From Chrysomallon squamiferum (taxonomy: Eukaryota; Animalia; Mollusca), in contig CM022671.1 in assembly GCA_012295275.1 (NCBI GenBank), positions 33,852,001 through 33,916,000 of the forward strand: DNA of 64,000 nucleotides. Reading direction: 5' to 3'. The position numbers were made by a program, and so were the translations under genes. The notes below the pieces were generated by a model. The model did no database searches. It worked only from the letters and a program-made list of their open reading frames with translations, and had not been told where the DNA came from. This document shows, piece after piece, positions 1-21,305 of the stretch (position 1 is the stretch's first letter; every line of letters begins with the position of its first letter).

Positions 1-58
1 GGTTTTATTATTACTACTATTATTTTTATCATCATCATCATCATTATTATTGTTGTTG

Positions 59-110
<52 letters not shown>

Positions 111-308
111 GTTAAATTAAAAATACTTAGCAGTAATATATTACACATAATCAGATTAGTCGCGTTTAAGGTTTTATTTAGTTGCTGATATTGTTCTTCC
201 TAATCTGGTCATTCCTGTTTTTTTTTTTTTTGTTAGGTGAAAGGTTTATTCTGTTATCGGCATTCTTTTTTCTTTCTTTTTTTTCTTGTTATTGTTGTTG
301 TTGTTATT

Positions 309-339
<31 letters not shown>

Positions 340-1351
340 TCCGTTGTAGTTGTAGTAGTAATTACTAATGTTATAGTTGTAGTAATAGTAATAACTATTA
401 TTATTGTTAATGATGCTCGGTCGCTGATGAACGATTAAAACCAAATAAACTCCTCAGCACGTTTAGTTTCGCTGCCATTGCAGTTAGCAAATGCATCGTG
501 GTACATGATACACTTTAAATAAAGTTGATTATTTATCTGTTGTCGGTTTATTGTGAAGTGTCTGTGTTTGTAATGATAAAACAACAACAATAATAAAAAT
601 GTAATATACGCAGGTGAGAATGCAGGTGAGACAGACAGACAGATGTGTAAACGTGATAAATGCCAAATTCAAAATATAAGAGAAACGCGGCCATGATAAT
701 TTATGTTCGATATTTTGACTGATTTTAAAAAGGTCTATATTAGTCTTCTTTAGTAAGCGATATTCGTTACTGATCTACACACTGCGGATTTTCGTTTCAT
801 AAAGCGATAAATGTCTTATCAATAATTCGGCAGTCATTTCGGTGACGTCATTATAATATGGAGGCGCCTTTAACTCAAAAAATGTGCTTGTCAAATTCTT
901 TACTAATAATGAGCAACTTTTGAACAGTTAACGATCACTGCGTTCTCTGGGAAAGAAACAAAAACCTTAAAAGACAAAAATGCAGAGAGAAATTTTTAAA
1001 GTCAAAATTACAAAAATAATATTGATTAATTCGCCATTCGGGTGGAGAGGAACAGACATAGTCATACACCCAACAGTTTACACAGAGGCAGTCAGGTGGA
1101 ATAACAGGCCACTTAAATATGCTTAATTGGACCGCTCCACATCACAGCAGTTTGACGTGCAGTGTCAGTAAGTTTCCAGTGAAAGCGAGTTAATCATATA
1201 CTGTGTAAGTTTGTAATCGCTTTTTTCAACTGCTTGGAGAAAAAGTTTGATAGTTAATGACAGAAACGAACTAAATATATAAGACAAGAACAATTTTTGT
1301 TTTTCAGCTGTTAGACGGGTTGTTTTTTTAATTAATTATTTATTTATATAT

Positions 1352-1433
<82 letters not shown>

Positions 1434-2101
1434 TTTGTTTTCATTTTGTTTTCATTTTTTTTCTTTATTTATTTATTATTATTATTTTTTGTTTGTTTGT
1501 TTGTTTTAGCCTGTTGTAACATCTGAAATTCGTACGTAAAATTGCGTAGTATAATCAAACTCTGTACGTAACAATGAGAGTGTGTACACCAACCTTGAAC
1601 TTTGCTGTTTTACACTGGGAGACTATTGACATGTATGACTAATGGGAGGGTACCTATCATGCACATCAACTGAAGCCTGCGTATGTTGCCTTTATTTTCA
1701 TTTAGATTTTTTGTTTTTGTCTTCGTGAAATAGTATTTGATAGTTATGTATATTGGTAAAAATCAGCAGTGAACAATATATTTTATCCCATTTTCAGTTA
1801 ATTTTTTTCACGGTGATATGTGGCACCTGCCATTGTCTTCACAGCTTGTGAAATTCTGATTCCCGGTTTGTTCACGGTTAACAACGTTATACGCTGTTTT
1901 TATCACCTACATGATTCTCTCTCCCAAAGTTGAATTTTCATTTCATTATGCTTTACTTTATTAATCCGATCGGTTATACATGCTCTGATTAAAATATCGA
2001 GAATTTGCTAAAAATTCGTTCTGATAGGATTTGCAGTTTAGCCTTACAGATTATAGGTATTTTTTTTATTTTTATCTTTATTTGTTTTAATGTTAAACAT
2101 A

Positions 2102-2158
<57 letters not shown>

Positions 2159-2210
2159 CTGTCAACCATTTAGGGTTTTTTCTTCTGATTTTTTATCTTT
2201 CTTTTCATTT

Positions 2211-2249
<39 letters not shown>

Positions 2250-2564
2250 TTACTTATTTATTATTATTATTATTATTATTACTATTATTATTTGTGTTAC
2301 TGTATGTCAATTACACCGATTGCTTGCTTGTTATCGATTACACCTGTTACATTAGGTAAGACTGCGTGTGTGTTAATGTCGTGAAGTGAATTATAATGAG
2401 AGATTTAACAACGAGACCAATTAGCAGTTCCGCCACTGCTCGCTCGCTAGAACCGCGCTAAACTCATTCTGAACACTGAACTTCCTAAACAACTTGTAAC
2501 AACAGTTAGATTTTACTGACTATGAGTATTATCATACGTGAATATCTATATCTGCATATATGGC

Positions 2565-2645
<81 letters not shown>

Positions 2646-3526
2646 ATATTTATATGTTTATGAATGTGTAAGAGTATGTGCATGTGTGTTTATGAGTGTG
2701 TGTTAATATGTGTGTATGAATGGATGCACGTATGAATATATTTATTTATGTATGTATGTATGTATGTATATGTTTGTATGTATGTATGTATGAATGCATG
2801 TATGCATGTATAATATATACTTGTTTTCTTACATAAATATACAAAAAATTACTTCGGAATAAATTTAAAAGATAATAATAATAGTAGATGTAACAGCACC
2901 AGCGGGAGTTGTAATGGAAAAATATCCATGAATAGATAGATGGATAGACGGTCGAACGAACAAAACCGACAAAAAAATAATAAATTGTCAGTTTGCATAA
3001 AGATAATATGACATTCTTATGGCAGTTTTCCCTATTATTCAGTAATAAAAATAAGAATTTATATTTTTCAAATTTGTGATATATTAAGGCATAAACTGAT
3101 GATATTTTAAAAGCACACGGTTGATGTTGTTATCGTTGTGTCCCACGTCGCCAGGAGTTAATCTCACCACGGTACAGACTGCAGTGAAATAGTATTTTCT
3201 TTTGTTCTATACGTTTTGGCTGCCTTTCTTAAATTTTATTTCACTTTATTTCATTTCGCTTTAATTTAATTTATTTTATTTTATTTTTTTATTATTTTAT
3301 TTCAATTTTACTGTATTGTATTTACGTTCGAAAACTAATATGGCAGAAAGTGATAAATGTATTGGTATTATGTAACACAAACTTAAAGGTAGGAAACATC
3401 ACATATATACATACACACTTACACACACACACACACACACACACATTATACGATTGTGTTGTTATTACAATTGTTTTTTTTACTAATATCATCCATAACA
3501 ATGGTTATATTTTGTTACTGTAAATG

Positions 3527-4715
3527 TCACTGACATGTTCAGACATATGTATAAAGCACTGACTGCAAAATATATCTAAGTTATTTTTTTCGACAGCAGC
3601 TAAGAATATTAATCTGCATTTTTGGTATGTTATATTTAATTATCGCAGCCTTTATTTCCTAAATTGGTTGTTTGCAGGTGAATTGTTTTCAATGCATCAA
3701 TTTTACAATCTGTTCGAGTTATCAGTCATTCAGTAAAGCATATTCATTTGTAAATAATTTACTCTTTATCGCAGTACAAGCTAGTATAAAATAATATATT
3801 TATCTAATCCTGTACAATTTTCTCATTTAAAATAATATATATTGACTAATTTATACATAAAATTGTTTTAACGGGGTTATTAATTATTTTATGTAGCTAG
3901 TTAATTAGTTTTTAATTTTCGTCCTCAAATACAATAATGATAAAACAAAAAGGTTTGTATTTACGTGTTCAGAAAGCTGATGGGATTTCAACACTAATTA
4001 AACAAATCCTACACTGTTCTGTTTGTTTTTGTTATTTTTATTTTATTTTAATTGCTGTGAATTTTTGTATTTTAATAGGAACTCTGATGTCCACATTTCA
4101 AGTGTGTGTAATCTTGTGTATTTTTTGAATGTGTGTGTGTGTGTGTGTGTGTGTATGTCTGTGTTGTGTGTGTGTGTGTGTGATTGTGTACTACTGATGA
4201 GTATGACGTTTTTTTATTGTTTTTTTATTGTGTGTGTGTGTCTGTGTGTATGTGTGTGTGTTGTTGTGTGTGACTTGACAAAAAGCTGACAAGATAAAAC
4301 AGTTTGTTTTTTTTTTTTTTTGTGTTTTTATAAAACAGGCTTTGTTTTTTTTTTTTTTTTATCTACATTATTTTTTTATTTTATTTATCCTGCAATCACT
4401 GTACGTTGCAACAAGATATGATAACTACAAATATTTAACTGGCAAAAAATATAGCTTTTGGGGCGGAGCTTTTTTTTACTTCAATACATTATTTGTTATT
4501 TACATGCAATTATTGTTCAAAGTTACTTCTTTTTTGTTTATTTGCTGGTTTAGATCTTAAAACACCATTTTAAAAACAACCGTCATTCCAAAATCATTTA
4601 AGAACTATTTTGTTCTGATGTAAAGCGACCACAAACTCAACACACGTGACTCAACCACTATCGTGAGTCAAGAGTTGAAAATTAAAACAGTTAATTCCAT
4701 TGATTTTATTATTAC
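3527..4715 (+). pseudogene. Tandem duplicate of the GT61-A locus lacking the coding exon ('empty' copy)
   Basis: 3527-3772 matches 7717-7961 (upstream flank of GT61-A). 3776-~4715 matches 9849-~10825 (last codons ACA AGC TAG plus the 3' flank). The ~1.89 kb between them (7962-9848) is absent. Confidence 0.85.
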
Positions 4716-5182
4716 TACTATTATTATTATTATTATTATGTGTGTGTGTGTGTGTATAGTATAAGAACAGTAAATAAGTAAATACAAGATACATATAATA
4801 AATAAATAAATAAATAAGTAAATATAGAAATGCATACATCCATCCATTCATTTACGCATCAATACACCTACATAAAAAGTAAATAACTAAATTTAAACAA
4901 ATAAATAAATAAAATTTAAACGAAAATAAATAAAACCTGAAATTCTTGTACAGATAATTTCGAGGGCAAAGCTTTACAAAGACAATGTGTACAGAAGAAT
5001 AATCATTCATACTTTTAACCGAATTACGCTTAGCAGGGTACAAAAAGGGCGTGTATCAGTTACGTCTCCTAACAATGAACAAATTCTGAAAAACCCAGTT
5101 GCTTTATATCGGATACTACCATGATGAGTCAAAGCAATCATAATAATAATAATAATAATAATACATGTAATACTACTACTAC

Positions 5183-5215
<33 letters not shown>

Positions 5216-5634
5216 ATGTAATTCTACTACTACTACTACTAATAATAATCATCATCATCATCAGTGTTCAAGAAAATCAAAGTTCGCTTCTTTTTTTTTT
5301 ACTTATTTCTCTACATTGTCTACACTAGTATCCATGCGTTAAGTATACTATAAAACAAAGGCTAGGCATATAACTGAAAACAGTGGGCAAAGACTGGGCT
5401 TTGCAAAACAAATTGTAAGTTTTGTTTTAATCTCTGCAAGAAAGTGAAGTTCAGTGAAAGTGTATTATTGTTGCATAGCGTAATAGTCTTGTTCAAGTAA
5501 TCATTACTAAAGATTTATTTTTGAAAACGAAGCTAAACTGTTCGTGTGGTAATGTTAGTGTTGCATAAACAAGCTTCCTGGTACAGGCAGTGCAATTTAA
5601 AGTGTCGTTTTGTAACAAAATGATAATGTATTAA

Positions 5635-6290
<656 letters not shown>

Positions 6291-6701
6291 ACGGTAAAAA
6301 CTACTACTTCGTCTTCTACTATTACTACTACTTATCTGCTTATGTGCTACTGCTACTATTACTTCTGCTAAAATTTTTCCCCATTATTATCATTACGACT
6401 CTGTTACCACCACCACTACTCCTACAACTACTTCAGCGTCTTGTTTCTTGTTTCAAGTATCCTAGTACTGTTGTGGTCGCTATGGCTGTTATTTCAGGTA
6501 GTATTTTTAAATTATCAATGCGATATGGATGGATATTTTAAATATTTTCGGGTCTCTTTTGAGAAGATCCTTATTGTTCAAACCAGCCTACTAATAATGA
6601 CATGACAGTTTTGAAAAAAGAAGAAAAAAGAGAATAATTTTATAGTATAATTTACTACTGTTATAACAGGCCAGCAAATAATAATAATAATAATAATAAT
6701 A

Positions 6702-6739
<38 letters not shown>

Positions 6740-7495
6740 AATGATGATAATACTAATGATAATAATGATAATGATGATGCGTATGATGATAAGGATGATG
6801 ATGATGATCATCATCATCATCATCATCTAAAAGATAAGGCGAACCGTAGAGTTTTCCGAAGTCGTGAAAATGAAAACTTAACCTCAGTCAGAACTTCCTT
6901 TCTGAGCATTCCAATTATGCAGTCTTTCAAAAGAACATTTAAAAAGTCCACAATCTCAATTTCTGGTTCGTTTTGGTTAACGATTTTGATAGCTGAGTCA
7001 AATGTTTCCTCTCAGCTTTGCATGTTCCATTCACAGGTTTGGAAAAAAGTCAGGGAACATTGGTCTGGTCCTCTCTTTAACTGCGAACTTGTGAAAATCA
7101 CGTGCTTGTGAAAGATTAACATTTCTAATCTGATATAACCCGATTTTCACTGATATCTGTTATCTAATGTCTAAATATCTGACTTGCACCCGACATTAGC
7201 TATTCAAGATATCAAATTAAGACAAATTCCATGCTACTCTGATAAACGTTTTCTTACCTTCAGTCATCAGTGATATTTACGTTAAAATGTAATTACTGAA
7301 TCGCCGGTTTAGAAATATTATGTGTTTTTTTTGTGTGTGTGTGTTGTTGTTTTCTTTTTTTCTATTTCGAGATTGCTTTGTAATCACTGTTTTCAACCTG
7401 TTCGGGCATACTAACTTTATTATTACCACACACACACATACACACACACACACAAAAACACACAGTTTTTATTTTTATTTGTTTATTTATTTATT

Positions 7496-7555
<60 letters not shown>

Positions 7556-8336
7556 ATTGTTATATTTACATTTTATTTTCGATTTTGTTACGTTACATGC
7601 TCAACGAAATTACATGACTTCAAAATAACTACAACAACAACAAACCTAATAATTCGTATTGCAAATTCATTTATGATGTTATTCAAACAAAGGTCGAAGG
7701 TATGATGACGTCATTTTCACTGACATGTTCCGACATATGTATAAAGCATTGACTGCAAAATATATCTAAGTTGTTTTTCCGACAGCAGCTAAGAATATTA
7801 ATCTGCATTTTTGGTATGTTATATTTAATTATCGCAGCCTTTATTTCCTAAATTGGTTGTTTGCAGGTGAATTGTTTTCAATGCATCAATTTTACAATCT
7901 GTTCGAGTTATCAGTCATTCAGTAAAGCATATTCATTTGTAAATAATTTACTGTTTATCGCCCCATTATCCCATAATGTAGAATGAAACTCAATATCATA
8001 ATTAAGGTTGATTTTAATTTTCTATCGTAAATAAAAATCGACTTCTGTTTTATAATATATAATAGACTGTTAGAGTTTATTGCATTTGTTCATTATATAA
8101 AACTATTGCTTATATCTATTTTCAGATAAATGGTCTTTCAGCATGGCTCAAAACGAAAATTATTTAACGGATCGAGCACAATATATAACGAAATATATTG
8201 TTGTTATTATTATTTATTCGACGTGTCCAGATTTTAAACTTTAAAATTTCTGCCAGGATTGAAGATGATGTGTAGCAGCGCTAACTATGACACGCGTCGA
8301 ACATTTTCGTAGTAAAATAAATTACACCGAAAGAGG

Positions 8337-9857
8337 ATGATGTTCCGAAAAAATATATTACGTCAAACAAACAAACGAAACTTATTCCAGCTGCTTGTGG
8401 TACTTTACTTCATCGGTTTCGTTGGTCTATTACTTATGTGGAATATTCAAGCTACAGGATTTAGAAAAAATGTAATTCATTTTGACAGTCTCCTTAAGGA
8501 ACATATTGTTCCATCAAGAACCGATAGTAAAAGACATGTTAATCCAGCAAGATCCCAAGATACACACCCAAGAAGCGATAATGGAAGACCTATTATTTTA
8601 GCAAGAAAAACAGAACAACCGGCTGTTAAAATGCAAACGCCCATTGGTAATGACAAATGTTTCAGGAAACATATTCTATCGTTCCTCAGCAACAAAACGA
8701 TTACGTTGTCAGAAGATCCAGTTTGTTCCTGGCTGAAGAGCGAAATATCCGGAGAGAATTTCTATGGATACGGTGACATGTTTGTTCGCCTGCATAATGT
8801 CATATTAAACCCAAAACATGCTGAGGGCAGACAAGGTGGAGAGGATATATCTTCCGTAATGATGCAGCAAGAAAATTTAGAATTTCTTGTACTTAAACCT
8901 GGATATTTTTCTATACTGTGTACAAAATTAAAAGCGTATCAGTTTACTCAAAAGAATCATTTGACAGACTGGATGAAGTCTCTGGAGTGCAGGACAGATG
9001 ACAAGGTCTCAGGATTAACGAAACAACGTGGTTTTACCATAGCCGTGAAAAGATACGAATACGTTAATCTCTACCACACAATGACAGACTATTACAATGC
9101 CTTTTTGATGTTACTCATATTTGACATGGATCCTAATAATACCACAATCTTGTGGATAGACGCTCATCCGTACGGAACTCTGGATCCCGTGTGGCAGACG
9201 TTGTTTTCCTCAACGATCAGGGCCGGGACGTTAAAAGAAGCTGTACTTTTCGAGAACATGGTTTGGAACGTGATGGGATACGACAGTCCGCTTAATCATC
9301 ACGACAGACCTTTCGTTCCGTACCTGGAAGAGTTTAGAGAGTTTTTCTTGACACGACATGGCGTGTCCACTACAAAACCTCTCAACTGCAGCAAGCTCAA
9401 CGTCATGTTCATCTGGCGCCGAGACTACGTCGCGCATCCTAGAAACCCTTCTGGTTTGGTGAAGAGGAAGATTCAGAACGAAAACGAACTGTTAGAGACG
9501 ATTCGGAAAGCTGTCCCTGGCCACAACGTGACCGGTGTCCAGCTGGATTCGCTGCCTATGAAGCAACAGCTGGAGCTCATCGCCAGAACTGATGTTTTCC
9601 TGGGAATGCACGGGGCCGGACTGGCTCACACACTGTTCCTTCCTAAACACGCAGGACTGATAGAGTTGTATCCAGTATACTGGAGCGCAGCTAATCGTCA
9701 CTTCCGAGCCATGGCACAGTGGCGAGGTCTTCATTATCAGTTGTGGCAAAATAGGAAACCAGAAAATGAAAAAGACAAATATTATACTTACATTCCACCA
9801 GACACCGTTTTAAAAATGTTCCTAGAAATCAAAAGTAAAATGTGCAAGACAAGCTAG
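8337..9857 (+). CDS. GT61-family glycosyltransferase A, beta-1,2-xylosyltransferase (XylT)-like, type II Golgi membrane protein, single coding exon, 506 aa
   Basis: Short basic tail, then a TM segment (LLVVLYFIGFVGLLLMW) and a stem. Motifs GGEDISSV, RYEYVNLYHTMTDYY, IDAH, LNVMFIWRRDYVAHPR and GMHGAGLAH parallel plant XylT (GGEKLEEV, RFEYANLFHTVTDWY, VDGH, LNVLFVRREDYLAHPR, GAHGAGLTH; recalled from memory). Probable 5'UTR splice acceptor TTTTCAG at ~8125. Confidence 0.9.
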   Translation: MMFRKNILRQTNKRNLFQLLVVLYFIGFVGLLLMWNIQATGFRKNVIHFDSLLKEHIVPSRTDSKRHVNPARSQDTHPRSDNGRPIILARKTEQPAVKMQTPIGNDKCFRKHILSFLSNKTITLSEDPVCSWLKSEISGENFYGYGDMFVRLHNVILNPKHAEGRQGGEDISSVMMQQENLEFLVLKPGYFSILCTKLKAYQFTQKNHLTDWMKSLECRTDDKVSGLTKQRGFTIAVKRYEYVNLYHTMTDYYNAFLMLLIFDMDPNNTTILWIDAHPYGTLDPVWQTLFSSTIRAGTLKEAVLFENMVWNVMGYDSPLNHHDRPFVPYLEEFREFFLTRHGVSTTKPLNCSKLNVMFIWRRDYVAHPRNPSGLVKRKIQNENELLETIRKAVPGHNVTGVQLDSLPMKQQLELIARTDVFLGMHGAGLAHTLFLPKHAGLIELYPVYWSAANRHFRAMAQWRGLHYQLWQNRKPENEKDKYYTYIPPDTVLKMFLEIKSKMCKTS

Positions 9858-10307
9858 TATAAGATGATATATTTATCTGATCCTGTACAATTTTCTCATT
9901 TAAAATAATATATATTGACTAATTTATACATAAAATTGTTTTAACGGGGTTATTAATTATTTTATGTAGCTAGTTAATTAATTTTTAATTTTCGTCCTCA
10001 AATACAATAATGATAAAACCAAAAAAAGGTTTGTATTTAGAAAACTAATTTACATAAACTAACACGTGTTCAGAAAGCTGATGGGTACGTATCGGATGCT
10101 ATTGATTACACTAATTAAACAAATTCCTACACTGTTCCTGTAGGGCATAGCCATTGTTTTTGTTATTTTTATTTTATTTTAATTGCTGTGATTTTTTGTA
10201 TTCGTACCATAATAGGAACTCTGATGTCCACATTTCAAGAATTCAAATCGCTGTTTGGAAATCTTATACGGTATTTTTGAATGTGTGTGTGTGTATGTGT
10301 GTGTGTG

Positions 10308-10381
<74 letters not shown>

Positions 10382-11419
10382 GTCCTCATCAGTAGTACCA
10401 ATCGGTACGTTTTTTTGTTTTTTTTCTTTTTTATTGCTGTCAAAAAGCTGAAAAGATAAAACGCTTTGTTTTTTTGTGTGTATTTTTTTTAATTTTTATC
10501 TCCATTATTTGTTTTATTTTATTTATCCTGCAATCACTGTACGTTGCAACAAGATATCATAAATTCAAATATTTAACTGGCAAAAAATATGGCTTTTGGG
10601 GCGGAGCTTTTTTTACATACAGTTACTGTTCAAAGTTACTTCTTTTTTGTTTATTTGCTAATTTAGATCTTAAAACACCATTTTAAAAACAACCATCATT
10701 CCAAAATCATTTAAGAACTATTTTGTTCTGATGTAAAGCGACCACAAACTCAACACACGTGACTCAACCACTATCGTGAGTCAAGAGTTGAAAATTAAAA
10801 CAGTTAATTCCATTGATTTTTTATTATTATTATTATTATTATTATAGTTGTTGTTGTTGTTGTTGTTGTATTGTTATGAATGCATGATAAAGCTGATATT
10901 TTAAGACACTAACCATTTATTCTCTGCATATTTCTTCTTTTACATTTTTTATTTTTTTGTAATTTTTTTTATGTAAATATTTATTTCCTTATTAAACATA
11001 TTTGAATGTTAATTATGCATTTAATAATTATTTTGTTATCTGAATCGGATGCAAAAAGATATGTTTTTATTTTAACAAAGTTATATTTTGATGAATTAAA
11101 TATTTTTTTGAAGTTATTTTAAGTTCTTGAATGAATTTAGACGATAATAATTATTTTATATGATTGAATGGCTACACGGAAATTAAACAATCAGTATTGA
11201 AAATATTGCTCAGAAGTGACCAGTGTGGGATTTACATATTTGAGGCGATGTCCCTTAAAAAGCAGCAACGAGACCTGATTAACCACTGTTATTTTTTTTT
11301 TCTGTTCCATGACAGATCACTATAAATCTTTTTTAAAATGTGACTGGATTAACGGCCCCGAAGCTTAAGCTTCATTATTAGTTTCATAACAAATACGCCC
11401 TGTAAATGAGAGAACTCAT

Positions 11420-11720
11420 TTTGATAGTGCTGTTGCTAGAACCTTGAACCCGAAACCGAAAGTGTGCGAGTTCGAAGCCCTGTATTTGTACGATCTTGTA
11501 GCAGCTGTAAGTGACAACCTGATAGGACGTGACTTTTTATGTATGATTAATTTCAATACGGCGGGATGATCTTTACGCTCCCCAGGGAGCCCAGGTGTGT
11601 CTTGATTCAGAGAAATAATAAATTGTGCGTTTTGACCGTTTTCACGCATGGAATTATGTGCTGTATGAGTGTCCTGTCATTTATGTTATTAAATTGTCAC
11701 TGAAAAGTGAGATAACGCTT
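11420..11720 (+). mobile_element. Degenerate tRNA-derived SINE
   Basis: A-box-like TAGTGCTGTTGC (~11425) and B-box-like GAGTTCGAAGCC (~11468) at tRNA-like spacing, followed by a GC-richer body containing GCTCCCCAGGGAG. Confidence 0.55.
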
Positions 11721-11746
11721 TTTGAAATTACTTATTTGACTTGAGG

Positions 11747-11808
<62 letters not shown>

Positions 11809-12374
11809 TGGTTTTATATTTATTTATTTATTTTTATTTTATATTTTTAACTTATTATTTTATTATTTTTATTTGTTTATTTATTTATTTTTTATAATTT
11901 TTTTTATTTTTTTATTTATTAACTTATTTATTTATTAATTTTTTATTTTTTTATTTTGACACTATGGAAACAATTTAAACAAATAAAATTCTATAACACA
12001 AAATAAAAACAGAGAATTGAAAACTGGACATGTAATATCCATCAGCGGCGCCATTGAAACACTAAAGTTTTCTTGTTACTTGCACTGAGTGTCTCACAAG
12101 TCCTGTTGCTGTTGTGAAACAGTTTCATTTTATTCAGTCTGTGTCAGTTTAAACGTATTTTGATAAATTTATCTGTGTCAAAATTTGTGTATTTGTGGCA
12201 GCCGTGGTATTTCTATTTTTGTGTAACTTGGCCATTGGCAACAGTTGTCTTCAGTGTTATATATATGTTCATGTTAATCTATGCAATCACGTAATATGTA
12301 TAACCTAGAAAAAACAAACATACATACATACATACACACACACCAACATATATATATAGATACATACATACATT

Positions 12375-12430
<56 letters not shown>

Positions 12431-12459
12431 CATACATACATACATACATACATACATAC

Positions 12460-13610
<1,151 letters not shown>

Positions 13611-13747
13611 TTGTTAAGAGCAACACCATTTCATATGAAGTTCATTACACAAACCTTCTTGTCATCATAATACACCAGTGTACTTTTCAAATGTTTATAT
13701 CCTGATAGTCATTTTAGAGTAACCGCCCCTGTTTTACCAGAAACAAA

Positions 13748-20545
<6,798 letters not shown>

Positions 20546-21079
20546 AAAACTCCACCTTGGTGCTCCAGAGAAATATGGAGGAAATTAAAATAAAGAAAAT
20601 AATAATGCACAAATAATACCAGAATTGCAGTTAGAAAAAGAGTTTAAAATTAATTGCATTTTTCAGAGATTATGAAAACTGGATTTTATTTGGTTTTCAA
20701 AATCCCATAAAATGACACAAATTATTTGTTACAAATGATGAATGTTGTATATTTATTTATTTATTTACTTTACCATGTTTAATTCTATTGTTGTCAAACA
20801 AAACAGTACAACATTTTCAAGGACAGTTTATTGTCTCAGCATTACATTAATAATTAAACAGAAATAAGTATTTTCAAAATACCTTACAGTATGATACATT
20901 GTATCGTATAAAAAATAAACAGTGCAGATCTAGTATTTTTCACTGTTGGGGGATGTGAAAATAGTTGATTTTACAAGTGGAAAACATTTTAAACTGAAAG
21001 AGATTTATGTAATTTTTATTTTTAAAAAGATTGCAAATCCTTGCAAGTCCCATATTTACATACTACTTCATTTCTCTCT

Positions 21080-21137
<58 letters not shown>

Positions 21138-21305
21138 CTCTCTCTCTCTCTCATTCTCTTTTTAAAAAATACAATGGATAATAAATAAATAAAAATAATT
21201 ACAATCAGTATTAACAACTGATATATATTAATAAATACATTTTTTTTTTTTTTTTTTTTTTTTCGTTATGTGGTAAATAATTATTTTAAATTTTCTTTGT
21301 CACCA

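Noticed and set aside
9231-9749. Antisense ORFs conserved between the two GT61 copies (also 47276-47794)
   Set aside because: Their conservation is a by-product of the near-identical tract on the coding strand.
8337-9857. Calling the GT61 genes EOGT because a Notch ligand is nearby
   Set aside because: The motifs (RYEYVNLYHT, DAH, RRDYVAHPR) fit XylT rather than EOGT (NMYHHFCDF). The proteins have a signal anchor and no C-terminal ER-retention motif.
11420-11485. tRNA gene
   Set aside because: It has A- and B-box-like motifs, but I could not form a cloverleaf or acceptor stem, and it continues into a SINE-like body.
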